In this document: piece after piece, positions 1-8,855 of the stretch | How positions within the stretch are numbered: the stretch's first letter is position 1 | Layout of the letters: every line of letters begins with the position of its first letter | Assembly (NCBI GenBank): GCA_963817075.1 | Contig: CAWFMT010000008.1 | Location: 130,142 to 194,141, forward strand | DNA from: an uncultured Chitinophagaceae bacterium | GTDB lineage: Bacteria; Bacteroidota; Bacteroidia; Chitinophagales; Chitinophagaceae | Direction: 5' to 3' | Length of the DNA: 64,000 nt | Notes under the pieces: generated by a model | Databases searched by the model: none | What the model was told of the DNA's origin: nothing | What the model saw: the letters and a program-made list of their open reading frames with translations, nothing else | Position numbers and translations under genes: made by a program

Positions 1-952
1 AGAGTAAGGCAACAATTGTTTTACCGCTTCCAACATCACCCTGCAACAATCTGTTCATCTGCCTCCCGCTTCCAACATCTTTACGAATTTCTTTCAACAC
101 TCGTTTTTGCGCTCCCGTTAGTTCGAATGGTAAGTATTCCTGGTAGAATTTATTAAATAGTTCTCCAACCTGACTGAAAATAGCTCCTTGAGAAAATCGG
201 TGTCGCTGGGATTTGATCAACCCCATTCTTATCTGAGCAAAAAATAATTCTTCGAACTTTAGTCTGCTTAATGCTCCATTATATTCTACCTGCGAAGTTG
301 GAAAATGAATTTGCTGATAACTTTTGAATCGCGGGATAAATTTCATTTGATTCATGATAGCTGAAGAAAGGTTTTCAGGAAGATCCCTTTCGCTCAGGAG
401 CGACAAAAGCGTGAATGTCAATTTCCCTATTTGCCGGCCTCCCATTCCACTTGATTTCAGTTTCTCTGTGCTGGGATAAACAGGTTCAAGGAAATTTCTT
501 CCATCAACTTTTTCCTTGGTGAGCAATTCCATTTCTGGATGTGTGATCTGCGGATGACCACTAAAAAAAGATGTTCTTCCATACACCAGGTATTCTTCTC
601 CTTCTTTCAAGCTTTTCTCTATCCAGCTAAAACCCTGAAACCATATCAACTGCATGATACCTGTGGAATCTCTTATTTCTGCTACCATCCTCTTTCCTCT
701 TCTTTCTCCTATGATTGATAGGTTTTGAAGCCTGCCTGAGATCTGTACAAATTCGCTCTCAGCATTAATGTCCTTGATGAGATTAATTTTTGTGCGGTCA
801 ATATGCCTGTAAGGAAAATGTTCGAGGAGATCTCTGAAGGTGAAGATGTTTAATTCCTTCTTAAGAAGTTCCGCCCGTTGCGGACCAACACCTTTCAGGT
901 ATTCAATAGGATTGGATAGTATTGACGCGAGTTGATTGATTGGATTATGAAT
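1..952 (-). CDS. recG: ATP-dependent DNA helicase RecG, N-terminal ~317 codons (the rest lies beyond the left edge)
   Basis: Minus-strand ORF open to position 1. The translation gives ...SNPIEYLKGVGPQRAELLKKELNIFTFRDLLEHFPYRHIDRT... (RecG N-terminus/wedge) and helicase motif I LQGDVGSGKTIVALL at nt ~1-45. There is no ATG/GTG/TTG between the conserved N-terminus and the in-frame TAA at 953-955, so the start codon is uncertain. Confidence 0.85.
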   Translation of the reverse strand, partial: MHNPINQLASILSNPIEYLKGVGPQRAELLKKELNIFTFRDLLEHFPYRHIDRTKINLIKDINAESEFVQISGRLQNLSIIGERRGKRMVAEIRDSTGIMQLIWFQGFSWIEKSLKEGEEYLVYGRTSFFSGHPQITHPEMELLTKEKVDGRNFLEPVYPSTEKLKSSGMGGRQIGKLTFTLLSLLSERDLPENLSSAIMNQMKFIPRFKSYQQIHFPTSQVEYNGALSRLKFEELFFAQIRMGLIKSQRHRFSQGAIFSQVGELFNKFYQEYLPFELTGAQKRVLKEIRKDVGSGRQMNRLLQGDVGSGKTIVALL

Positions 953-1055
953 TTATATAAGAAGTTTAACCGCAATGGCGCCAAGACACAAGGGTTCGCC
1001 AGGATTAAATAGGTAATTATCCATTTTCAAATTCCCAAATTTTCAAATTCTCAAA

Positions 1056-1574
1056 TTATTTGACATACACCTCCACCCATGCATGCGGCGAAGGTTTCCG
1101 CGGTGCAGCGAAGGAATCAATTTTTTTGTAATTCTTCTCAAGGCAATCGCGGACTTTAAATGGATAAAAATTATTCAGGTACGGGATGTATTCAAACAAA
1201 ACAATATCGTAATGCTTGTTCTGGATCCGGTCACAGAACATATTTGTTTCCTTATCAAACATACCCACTCCCTTATGAAACCAAAGCGGGTAACCCGGGC
1301 CGGTTTCCAGTTTGAACGGGATTTCGGCAGCCAGGGGTGTAAGCTCGGTCATATTCAAAACCTTCAGATCCTTATTTTGTTTCACCAGGTCCATGTTCAT
1401 TAGTCGCTCTATACCATCCACTGTTGAACCGGGCAAGAGCATTTTCCTAAATGATTTTAATCTTGGTTCACGCCAGTCCGACATCGGTATATCGGTTGTA
1501 TCCATCGCAATCATATAGGTATTTCTATCAACTGTGGTTGCGTAATCATATCCACGGTACTCTTCATGTTGCAT
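1056..1574 (-). CDS. hypothetical soluble protein, or C-terminal domain of the disrupted GT-C gene upstream
   Basis: 172-aa ORF with no TM segment. Its start overlaps the end of the upstream membrane fragment (1564-1917) by 11 nt in another frame. No family recognised. Confidence 0.4.
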   Translation of the reverse strand: MQHEEYRGYDYATTVDRNTYMIAMDTTDIPMSDWREPRLKSFRKMLLPGSTVDGIERLMNMDLVKQNKDLKVLNMTELTPLAAEIPFKLETGPGYPLWFHKGVGMFDKETNMFCDRIQNKHYDIVLFEYIPYLNNFYPFKVRDCLEKNYKKIDSFAAPRKPSPHAWVEVYVK

Positions 1575-2691
1575 AAACGTTTTTGCTTTTTAGAAACCTG
1601 TCAAAATATTTCCAGTAAGTCTGACTCCACCAGATCAAGATGCCTCCGCTGCAAATAATTGCCATTTTCCAGGTATGAAATCGAAGTGGGAGAAAGTCGG
1701 CAAGCAATTTCAAAATGTATGCAATAGCAAAACTGTGAAAGAAGATATTATTATCCACCGGCACATAACTGGTTACCTGAAATATCGCAGCTTCAGCAAG
1801 AATACCCAGGGTCAAGAGACAGAAAATCATTTCTTTCTTATCGAATAAAAATATTTTCCAACCTGACTTTAATTTTCCCAGGAGAAGAATAACTATCAGG
1901 AGTAGATAGAATTTCAACCACTGCGAGCCGTTAAAAAACTCTGAGAGAATATCAGTTATTGATATCCTTGAACTATGAGGCGGTTGTCCGTGATTGAACC
2001 AATACCCAAAATTGGAATTCGAGAAAAGGAAGGATCATTAGAGTCCAACAACAAAAGCGCTTCCAGCAAAAACCAGGATCGGTATCCATTTTTTTTCCGT
2101 GATCGCTTCATATAGTAATAAAGCAAGACAAAGAAGCAATGCCAATGCACCTCCATCCTGTTTCGTGAAAAACGAGAAAAATATGAAGACTGATGAGAGA
2201 ACCAGAGAAAGCCATTTCAATTCATTAGAAAAAAAATACTTCATCAGAAAAGCCAGCGCTATCAACTCAAAAACAATCACAGTGTGATTGTACCAGGGCC
2301 AGTAGTTGAAGAATGAATAAGAAAAACAAAACAATAAAACTGAACTGAATCGAATTACAGGATCAAGTCTTAGTGATCTTAAATATAGATCTGAATGCCA
2401 GTCCACCCAGAATATTGATAAACACCTGCGCTTTGATGAGCGTGATCATCTGCGGGCCAAAGATTTTGAAGAACATTGCAGGAATTACCCAATACATGTA
2501 GCCTACAGGAGTTCCAAAATCTTTAAATGGTTCTGGCCAAGATAAATCCGGTATGCTCCTTCCCAGGACAGGAAAATATTCAACCGGTAAGGAAAACTTG
2601 CCAGGAGAGGCAGGCACGCCAATCCTACTATCAAAATGATCTCCGCAAGGGACAGAATCCGTTTTGGGGGCATATGTAAACTTTCAGTCAA
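1564..2691 (-). pseudogene. GT-C-like (PMT_2/ArnT-like) polytopic membrane glycosyltransferase, fragmented
   Basis: Five consecutive hydrophobic ORF pieces (2503-2691, 2363-2617, 2038-2406, 1956-2156, 1564-1917) in alternating frames. The N-terminal region reads ...LSWEGAYRIYLGQ then PFKDFGTPVGYMYWVIPAMFFKIFG..., resembling the first periplasmic loop of GT-C enzymes. At least 4 frame changes are needed to join the pieces. Confidence 0.45.
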
Positions 2692-2762
2692 AAAAACGGA
2701 ACATTTCCAATGTCTGCAAGATATTGCATCCTAGCGGATTGTATATTATCTTGTGCGCCAGT

Positions 2763-3665
2763 ATGAGTGTGCTTACTCACCACATTAAATTATTACGTCC
2801 AAAAGACTGGGCTAAGAATCTTTTCCTTTTTGTTCCCTCATTTTTTGCGGGCAAATTTTTTGACATAGAGAAACTTAGCCTGTTATTGGCCGGTTTTTTT
2901 GCATTCAGCTTCATGGCAAGCTGTATCTATATTGTCAACGATTACAGGGATATACCCGAAGACCGCAAGCATCCTGTGAAAAAGAATCGCCCGCTGGCTT
3001 CTGGGACGGTAAAAAAAACCACTGCTATCGTAATCTCATTCCTGCTTTTTATCCTGGGGGCGGGAATTGGGTACCTTGTCGATCCCAGCTTTCAGTTTCT
3101 TTTCATTCTCTTGGTCTACTTTTCAATGAATATGGCCTATTCATTGGGACTTAAGAATATTGCAATACTTGATATAATGCTTTTGGCTGCGGGTTTTGTA
3201 TTGAGAGTGAAGGGTGGGGCCGTGATTGCCGGCGTTGATACATCGCAATGGCTGATAATCATGACATACCTCTTGTCTTTGTTTATGGCAATTGCAAAGA
3301 GAAGAGATGATATGCTGCTCAAGATTGCCACAGGCACTGAAATGAGAAAGTCCATGAGCGGATACAGCCTGGATTTCATGAATACACTTCTGGGTCTCTT
3401 CAGCGCCATCCTGATTGTTTCATATATCATGTATACTGTTTCAGACTTGACGATCCTGCGACTTGGAACACACCGGCTTTTTTATACAAGCGTGTTCGTA
3501 ATAGCTGGCGTATTGAGGTATATGCAAATCACTTTTGTGAAAGGCAAGTCCGGTTCGCCAACAGAAATTTTATATAAGGATAGATTTATCCAGTTATCAT
3601 TAATTCTTTGGATACTTAGTTTCTATTTTATACTAGAGTTCAAGGACAAAACATTTTTTCAATGA
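2763..3665 (+). CDS. decaprenyl-phosphate phosphoribosyltransferase-like UbiA-family prenyl/phosphoribosyl transferase
   Basis: Multi-TM UbiA-superfamily protein. The motif NDYRDIPEDRKHPVKKNRPLASG matches the Rv3806c-type pattern (NDxxDxxxDRxHPxKxxRPxAxG). A second acidic motif, KRRDD, is present. Start placed at ATG 2763 (MSVLTHHIKLLRPKDWAKN), because the 2664 start would overlap the divergent gene. Confidence 0.8.
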   Translation: MSVLTHHIKLLRPKDWAKNLFLFVPSFFAGKFFDIEKLSLLLAGFFAFSFMASCIYIVNDYRDIPEDRKHPVKKNRPLASGTVKKTTAIVISFLLFILGAGIGYLVDPSFQFLFILLVYFSMNMAYSLGLKNIAILDIMLLAAGFVLRVKGGAVIAGVDTSQWLIIMTYLLSLFMAIAKRRDDMLLKIATGTEMRKSMSGYSLDFMNTLLGLFSAILIVSYIMYTVSDLTILRLGTHRLFYTSVFVIAGVLRYMQITFVKGKSGSPTEILYKDRFIQLSLILWILSFYFILEFKDKTFFQ

Positions 3666-5002
3666 TGAAGAAGAGCATTGCAAATTGGGGCAATTATCCC
3701 ATGATGGAGTCTGATGAAAAAAGCTTTTCGCTTGACGACCAGTTAGAACAGCTGTTTAAAACAGAAACGCATTTCATTGCTCGTGGAAATGGCCGTTGCT
3801 ATGGTGATGCTTCGCTGTCTGATGTCACTATTTCTACTCTTAAATACGACAAGATCCTTTCATTTGATACAGTAAAAGGTTTTTTTGAATGCCAGAGCGG
3901 GATTACGCTGGATCAGGTATTGGAGGTGATCGTCCCAAAAGGCTGGTTCCTGCCTGTTACTCCCGGTACAAAATTCATAACTGTAGGAGGCGCAATTGCG
4001 AGTGATGTCCATGGAAAAAATCATCATGTTGATGGATGCTTCTCTCATCATGTGCTGGAAATGGATGTTGTTGTAGGAAGTGGTGAAACAATAACATGTT
4101 CCCCCGAAAAACATACTGACCTCTTCGAGGCAACTTGCGGAGGAATGGGATTAACAGGCGTGATCACACGCGTCAAATTTGATCTCAAGAAAATTGAAAC
4201 TTCCTATATCAGGCAAAAACAGATCAAGGCAAAAAACCTTGAAGAGATCATTGAGTTATTTGAAGAATACAAGCAATATACTTATTCAGTTGCATGGATC
4301 GATTGCCTCAAGAAAGGAGAACAATTCGGCAGAAGCATCCTGATACTGGGCGAACATGCAACCATAAATGAGCTAAAGGAAAAACAGAAACAGGATCCTC
4401 TTAAACTTCCGAAAAAGAAACAAATAACTTTTCCCTTCAGCCTTCCTTGGTGGGTGTTGAACACCTTTACGGTTCGAGCCTTCAACTTTCTTTATTATGG
4501 AAAGAATCTTAAGAAAGAGATCAACAACATGGTTTCATATGAACCATTTTTTTATCCTCTCGATGCAATTCTCCATTGGAACCGTGGCTATGGTAAGAAA
4601 GGATTTGTGCAATACCAATTTGTACTCCCACTTGAATGCAAAGGAGGGATTGATTGAGATTCTTAAGAAGATCAGTGATGCCGGCATGGGTTCATTCCTG
4701 GCGGTTTTAAAAGTTTTTGGAAAACAGGAAAGCCTGATATCTTTTCCAAAGGAAGGATACACGCTGGCATTGGATTTTCCCGTGCGGGAGGGTTTACTGG
4801 AATTCCTTGATGAGCTGGATGAAATCGTATTGAAATATGGTGGAAGATTATACATGTCGAAGGATGCGCGCATGAAACCTTCAGTACTGCTGAAGCCGGT
4901 TATCCGATGCTTGAACAATTCAAATCCATTGTGAAGAAATATAATCAGGGGGGCAAGTTCAGTTCCCTGCAATCAGACAGGTTACTGCTCACCAAAAATT
5001 AA
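3662..5002 (+). pseudogene. DprE1-like FAD-dependent oxidoreductase, two frame changes near the 3' end
   Basis: The first 331 codons are intact with FAD-binding signatures (ARGNGRCYGDASL, VTPGTKFITVGGAIASDVHGKNHH, GGMGLTGVI). The frame changes near 4640-4650 and again near 4885-4895. The expected C-terminus (...GGRLYMSKDARM... then ...AGYPMLEQFKSIVKKYNQGGKFSSLQSDRLLL, stop 5000-5002) lies in two other frames. ATGA overlap with the upstream gene. Confidence 0.7.
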
Positions 5003-5009
5003 TTACTGG

Positions 5010-5742
5010 ATGCCCACTGTTCTCATTTTAGGTGCTACTTCAGATATGGCCGTTGCCATTGCAAAAAAATTCGCTCGAAAAAAAATACAACGTTCAACTG
5101 GCTGCCAGAAAACCTGATCAACTGAAGGCACTTCAATCTGATCTTGCAGGTTAGATAGGATGGTACCAGTACTCTTCACCATTTTGATGCATTGGATTAT
5201 GCATCGCACAGTAATTTCTTTCAAATCACTTCACCAAAACCGGACGTGACCATTTGCGTATTTGGTTACCTGGGTGAAGCAGAAAAAGCAAGGACGATTG
5301 GCAGGAAGCAGAACGTATTATACATTCCAATTACGTCGGTGCAGTTTCAATACTGGATATAGTGGCTAACTCATTATTCCAGTCAAAAGTCGGAACAATA
5401 GTTGGCATCAGTTCTGTTGCGGGGGAGAGAGGCAGACAAAGCAATTATCATTACGGAAGCGCAAAAGCTGGATTCACCGCTTATCTATCAGGATTAAGAA
5501 ACCGGCTATTTCATGATGGAGTTCACGTATTAACAGTGCAACCGGGTTTCACGTACACGAGAATGACCGAAAACCTGAAGCTTCCTAAACTCTTAACAGG
5601 GAGGCCAGAGGAAGTTGCCTCTGCTATTTACAACGCAGTGATCAAGAAGAAAAATGTGATTTATGTAAAATGGATGTGGAGATGGATCATGCTCATCATT
5701 CGATCCATACCTGAATTTATGTTCAAAAAAATGAAAATGTAA
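5010..5742 (+). pseudogene. DprE2-like short-chain dehydrogenase/reductase, disrupted 5' third
   Basis: MPTVLILGATSDMAVAIAKKFARKK (Rossmann N-terminus) from ATG 5010. The frame is lost in the A8 run 5078-5085. Stop codons at 5152-5158 sit in both candidate frames, and there is another shift near 5295. The 3' 126 codons (5362-5742) are intact with the catalytic YHYGSAKAG (YxxxK). Confidence 0.65.
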
Positions 5743-6335
5743 TGAAGAAACGCATTGCATTCTTTGATTTCGACGGAACAATCACAACAAAAGACACCCT
5801 GCTGGAGATCATAAGATATCATAAGGGAACGAGGGCTTTCTATCTGGGTTTTATTCTCTACAGTCCATTCCTCGTCGCGTATAAGATAGGTCTCATCCCA
5901 AATTATTTTGCCAAACAGCTTGTACTTCGTCATTTTTTTGGAAAAATGAAGGTCGATATTTTCCAGGCTAAATGTGATGAATTCACCTATAAGGTCTTAC
6001 CCTCATTAATAAGACCAAAAGCAATGCACGAAATCGAAATTTTGAAGCAGGAAGATGTTGAGATAGTTGTTGTTTCTGCATCTGCTGAAAACTGGACAAG
6101 GAAATGGTGCGATGATAATGGAATAAAAAATCTTGCAACCAAATTAGAGATCAGGAATGGGGCAATTACTGGAAGAATAACTGGCAAGAATTGCCACGGT
6201 GAGGAGAAGGTATGCAGAATAGAATCTGAATACAGGCTTTCTGATTATGCAGAAATCTATGCGTATGGCGATACGAGCGGAGATAAACCCATGCTTAGGA
6301 TTGCCACACATTCCTTTTATAAGCCTTTCAGATAG
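5742..6335 (+). CDS. HAD-IB family hydrolase (phosphatase)
   Basis: HAD motif I FFDFDGTIT and motif IV GDTSGD. Size and cap region are typical of subfamily IB. The start overlaps the upstream stop (TAATG). Confidence 0.75.
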   Translation: MKKRIAFFDFDGTITTKDTLLEIIRYHKGTRAFYLGFILYSPFLVAYKIGLIPNYFAKQLVLRHFFGKMKVDIFQAKCDEFTYKVLPSLIRPKAMHEIEILKQEDVEIVVVSASAENWTRKWCDDNGIKNLATKLEIRNGAITGRITGKNCHGEEKVCRIESEYRLSDYAEIYAYGDTSGDKPMLRIATHSFYKPFR

Positions 6336-6425
6336 GAGAAATGAAAAAGTAAAAATGTAAAATGAAAAATAAGTCTTTACCCTATTCTTCATTTTACATT
6401 TTTCATTTTAACTTTTACATTCTCT
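6336..6425. repeat. AT-rich imperfect inverted repeat (word family atgtaaaatgaaaaagtaaaa), probable bidirectional terminator
   Basis: The left arm gagaaatgaaaaagtaaaaatgtaaaatgaaaaataag (6336-6373) is roughly complementary to the right arm cttcattttacatttttcattttaacttttacattctc (6388-6425). It lies between convergent genes. Related words occur at 41793-41815 and 59323-59451. Confidence 0.6.
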
Positions 6426-6442
6426 GCCTTCGCTCTCCCACT

Positions 6443-8347
6443 CTAGTTCTTTATAAATTTCGATACTTGCTTAGTCCCTTGCCCAGCTTCTACTTCAATA
6501 AAGTATATTCCCGGTTTCAGATTTCTCGCATCAATTTTTGTCCTAAACACACCCGGAGCTGGCTGAAAATTAAATTGCTTCAGCAATTGCCCATGTTGGT
6601 TCCTTAAGCCAATTCTCATAGGCAATCCATCATAGCGGCTCAGGCTTACTTGCAATTCATTTGTCACTGGATTGGGGAAGGTTTGGACTTCCAATTTGTC
6701 ATAATCATTGTACACCTGCACAATTGATGAATACTTAAATCCATTTTCAGTATCAACCTGTTTCAAACGGTAATAGTTAAATCCAGTTGAGGGATTGATA
6801 TCTGTAAATCGATATTCTTTTGGTGTGGCAGAAGTCCCTGCTCCAGCAATCACTCCAATCTTTTCATATGCCTTTCCATCCCGACTTCTCTCAAGTTCAA
6901 ATCGCATATTATTCAATTCATGTGCAGTCGCCCATTGCAGCAGATTGTGACCAAGTTCACTTTTGCCTTTAAAATATGTGAAGCTTACAGGAAGCAGGAG
7001 GTTTGATTCAACAATGATTACGGTATCTTTTGAAATTGCACCTATGTTGTCAGTCACGGTTACTTCCATTGCATAAATTCCAATAGATGTAAGACCTGTT
7101 AGTCCGGGATTAGGACAATTGGCACAGCTGACCGTTGCCGAAAGAGGACCGGAGATCTGGCGCCAGTTATAGGCCGCAACGTAACCATCAGGATCGTATG
7201 ATAAAGAAGCATCAAGGCTTACCGAAGGTGTTACGATTACAGCATCACTGCCTGCCGCTGCAATGGGAGGAATATTTGCAGAGGTGGGATTAACTGTAAC
7301 GGTCAGTGTATCAGAACTCCAGCCTGCTCGGTTGTCCACTACCGTTAATTCAAATTTGTAAATGCCCTGACTTAATCCTTTAGCCATAGTAGTAATGCCA
7401 GCTGGATTCTCGATCCATCCTCCGCCCGGACTCTGTATCATCCGCCACTTAATCCGGGCAATCGTTCCATCTGGATCAGAGGAGCTAGTACTGTTCAGCA
7501 ATACTTCATTCAAGGGTAATGTGATTACCTTATCGGGGCCAACGTTTGCAATTGGTTTGCTATTAATAGGCGAATTCCTGGACTGTCCAAGAAACCATTC
7601 AAAAACACTGGGATTATGCCAATTATGTGTTGTATCATAGGATTGGTCCCAGATCCAATGATTACCGGTAGGGTATATTGATTTAATAGGTGCGATAGCT
7701 GGACTGCATGATTGAAGCATACTAATGGCTCCATCTGTGCAACCAACACCTACCAGCCCATCATCCTGTGCATGGAATGCCCAGACAGGAACATTTGCAG
7801 TTGCAAGATTGCACAAATTGCTCCACTCGCAGGTACCGCATACAGGAGCAATTGCAGCAAATTGCCGGGCATTAGCTGAAGAAGCAGTGGCGTATTTCCA
7901 GGTTCCACCACCACCAAGGCTAAGGCCTGTAAGAAATATCCTGTTTGTATCAATACGGAGATTAGCTTTTGCATATTTCAGCATTTCATCAACATAAACA
8001 TTCTGCCAGGAACCATACATGGCGTTTAGTTGAGGTGATAATACCAGGAATGTCTCTCTCACTCCACTAAGGGAAGTGAAACTCATTGTAGAACCGGCAT
8101 TGATATATTTCGGGATTGCGTTAGTAAGAACTCTGTTAAGCTCCGTTGTTCCATTTCCTTTTTCACCAACTCCATGGAGAAAGATGATCAGTGGATACTT
8201 CACTGAAGGATCAACGTTATAATCAATCGGTTTATACTCATAATATCCAATAAATAAACCGGTGGATGATGTGAGTGATTTAGCAACCTGCTGGGCTTTT
8301 AAGCAAGGGGCAATTAATAATAACATTGCCAGGATACGGATTTTCAT
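6443..8347 (-). CDS. secreted alpha/beta-hydrolase (esterase/PHB-depolymerase-like) with 2 PKD-like domains and a T9SS C-terminal sorting domain
   Basis: Signal peptide MKIRILAMLLLIAPCLKAQQ. Esterase core YPLIIFLHGVGEKGNG...LTGLSLGGGGTW (GxSxG)...HAQDDG...GNHWIW. Two PKD-like modules (SSSDPDGTI..., SYDPDGYV...). The C-terminal ~85 aa fit the T9SS pattern (FPNPVTNELQVSL...GIYFIEV...KFIKN). Confidence 0.8.
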   Translation of the reverse strand: MKIRILAMLLLIAPCLKAQQVAKSLTSSTGLFIGYYEYKPIDYNVDPSVKYPLIIFLHGVGEKGNGTTELNRVLTNAIPKYINAGSTMSFTSLSGVRETFLVLSPQLNAMYGSWQNVYVDEMLKYAKANLRIDTNRIFLTGLSLGGGGTWKYATASSANARQFAAIAPVCGTCEWSNLCNLATANVPVWAFHAQDDGLVGVGCTDGAISMLQSCSPAIAPIKSIYPTGNHWIWDQSYDTTHNWHNPSVFEWFLGQSRNSPINSKPIANVGPDKVITLPLNEVLLNSTSSSDPDGTIARIKWRMIQSPGGGWIENPAGITTMAKGLSQGIYKFELTVVDNRAGWSSDTLTVTVNPTSANIPPIAAAGSDAVIVTPSVSLDASLSYDPDGYVAAYNWRQISGPLSATVSCANCPNPGLTGLTSIGIYAMEVTVTDNIGAISKDTVIIVESNLLLPVSFTYFKGKSELGHNLLQWATAHELNNMRFELERSRDGKAYEKIGVIAGAGTSATPKEYRFTDINPSTGFNYYRLKQVDTENGFKYSSIVQVYNDYDKLEVQTFPNPVTNELQVSLSRYDGLPMRIGLRNQHGQLLKQFNFQPAPGVFRTKIDARNLKPGIYFIEVEAGQGTKQVSKFIKN

Positions 8348-8855
8348 AGATCGTGTTTTTCAGGGTTACAAATAAAATGGGATAGCAATAAAGTCTTATT
8401 CAACTTTATTCGTCCATGAACACAATCCTGATTTTGGAATAAATACTCTGCGTAAGAATAGCAGCAGATGTACGATAGTAGATCTTCGTTTTCATAAGTA
8501 CTGGATTTGAACCTATTAATAAACAACAACTATACCAGTACGATAGGAAAGCTCAATAATTTACACTTAGGAAAACAAAAAGGACTGAATATCAAAGGAG
8601 ATATTTGAAAGCATATGCGCATTTCGGATATTCAAATCAGCTTAATTCGAGATGCTCTCTAAGTTGGAAAGAATCTGATTTTGAGAGACCACCCAAAAGC
8701 ACATCAGGTCTGATTTTTTTACTAGGTGATCTCTCATTTTGAGACCCTGATCTCTCCCATTTGAATTGGTATGAATTCCTGCCTCAAAAAGTACACTTAC
8801 GCGGAAGATTGCATCTGAAGTTTTTTTTATCTATTTTAGTCCGAATTCTCACCGG

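Noticed and set aside
2664-2762. Longer start (2664) for the UbiA-family gene, and the 47567 start for the M49-like gene
   Set aside because: The 2664 start would overlap the divergent gene's 5' end and adds a non-conserved, non-TM leader. The 47567 start overlaps the VOC gene, whereas ATG 47648 gives a clean lipoprotein signal (…FISFCISC).
6144-6607. ORFs 6144-6392(-) and 6362-6607(+) spanning the HAD gene end, the hairpin and the esterase gene end
   Set aside because: They run through the AT-rich inverted repeat and the 3' ends of well-supported genes on the other strand. They have no motifs and are judged spurious.
7395-7997. Antisense or overlapping ORFs inside large genes. Examples: 7395-7640, 7525-7749, 7725-7997, 11412-11603, 11896-12174, 14139-14336, 17268-17495, and many inside 23843-30934 such as 25990-26379 and 28303-28901
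   Set aside because: These are shadow ORFs on the opposite strand or in an alternate frame of long, well-supported coding regions. They have low-complexity or odd composition and no recognisable motifs.
8470-8515. Minus-strand atgaaaacgaagatctac (MKTKIYY) with upstream aaatccagtactt, resembling the start region of the 13-PKD gene (aaaatccgagcttatgaaaaccaaactgtacttc, MKTKLYF). It might be a relic start of a lost paralog
   Set aside because: The similarity spans only ~25-30 nt and the ORF stops after ~29 codons. It could simply reflect a shared translation-initiation context (gtacttATGAA also precedes 9742-12636). The evidence is insufficient without alignment statistics.
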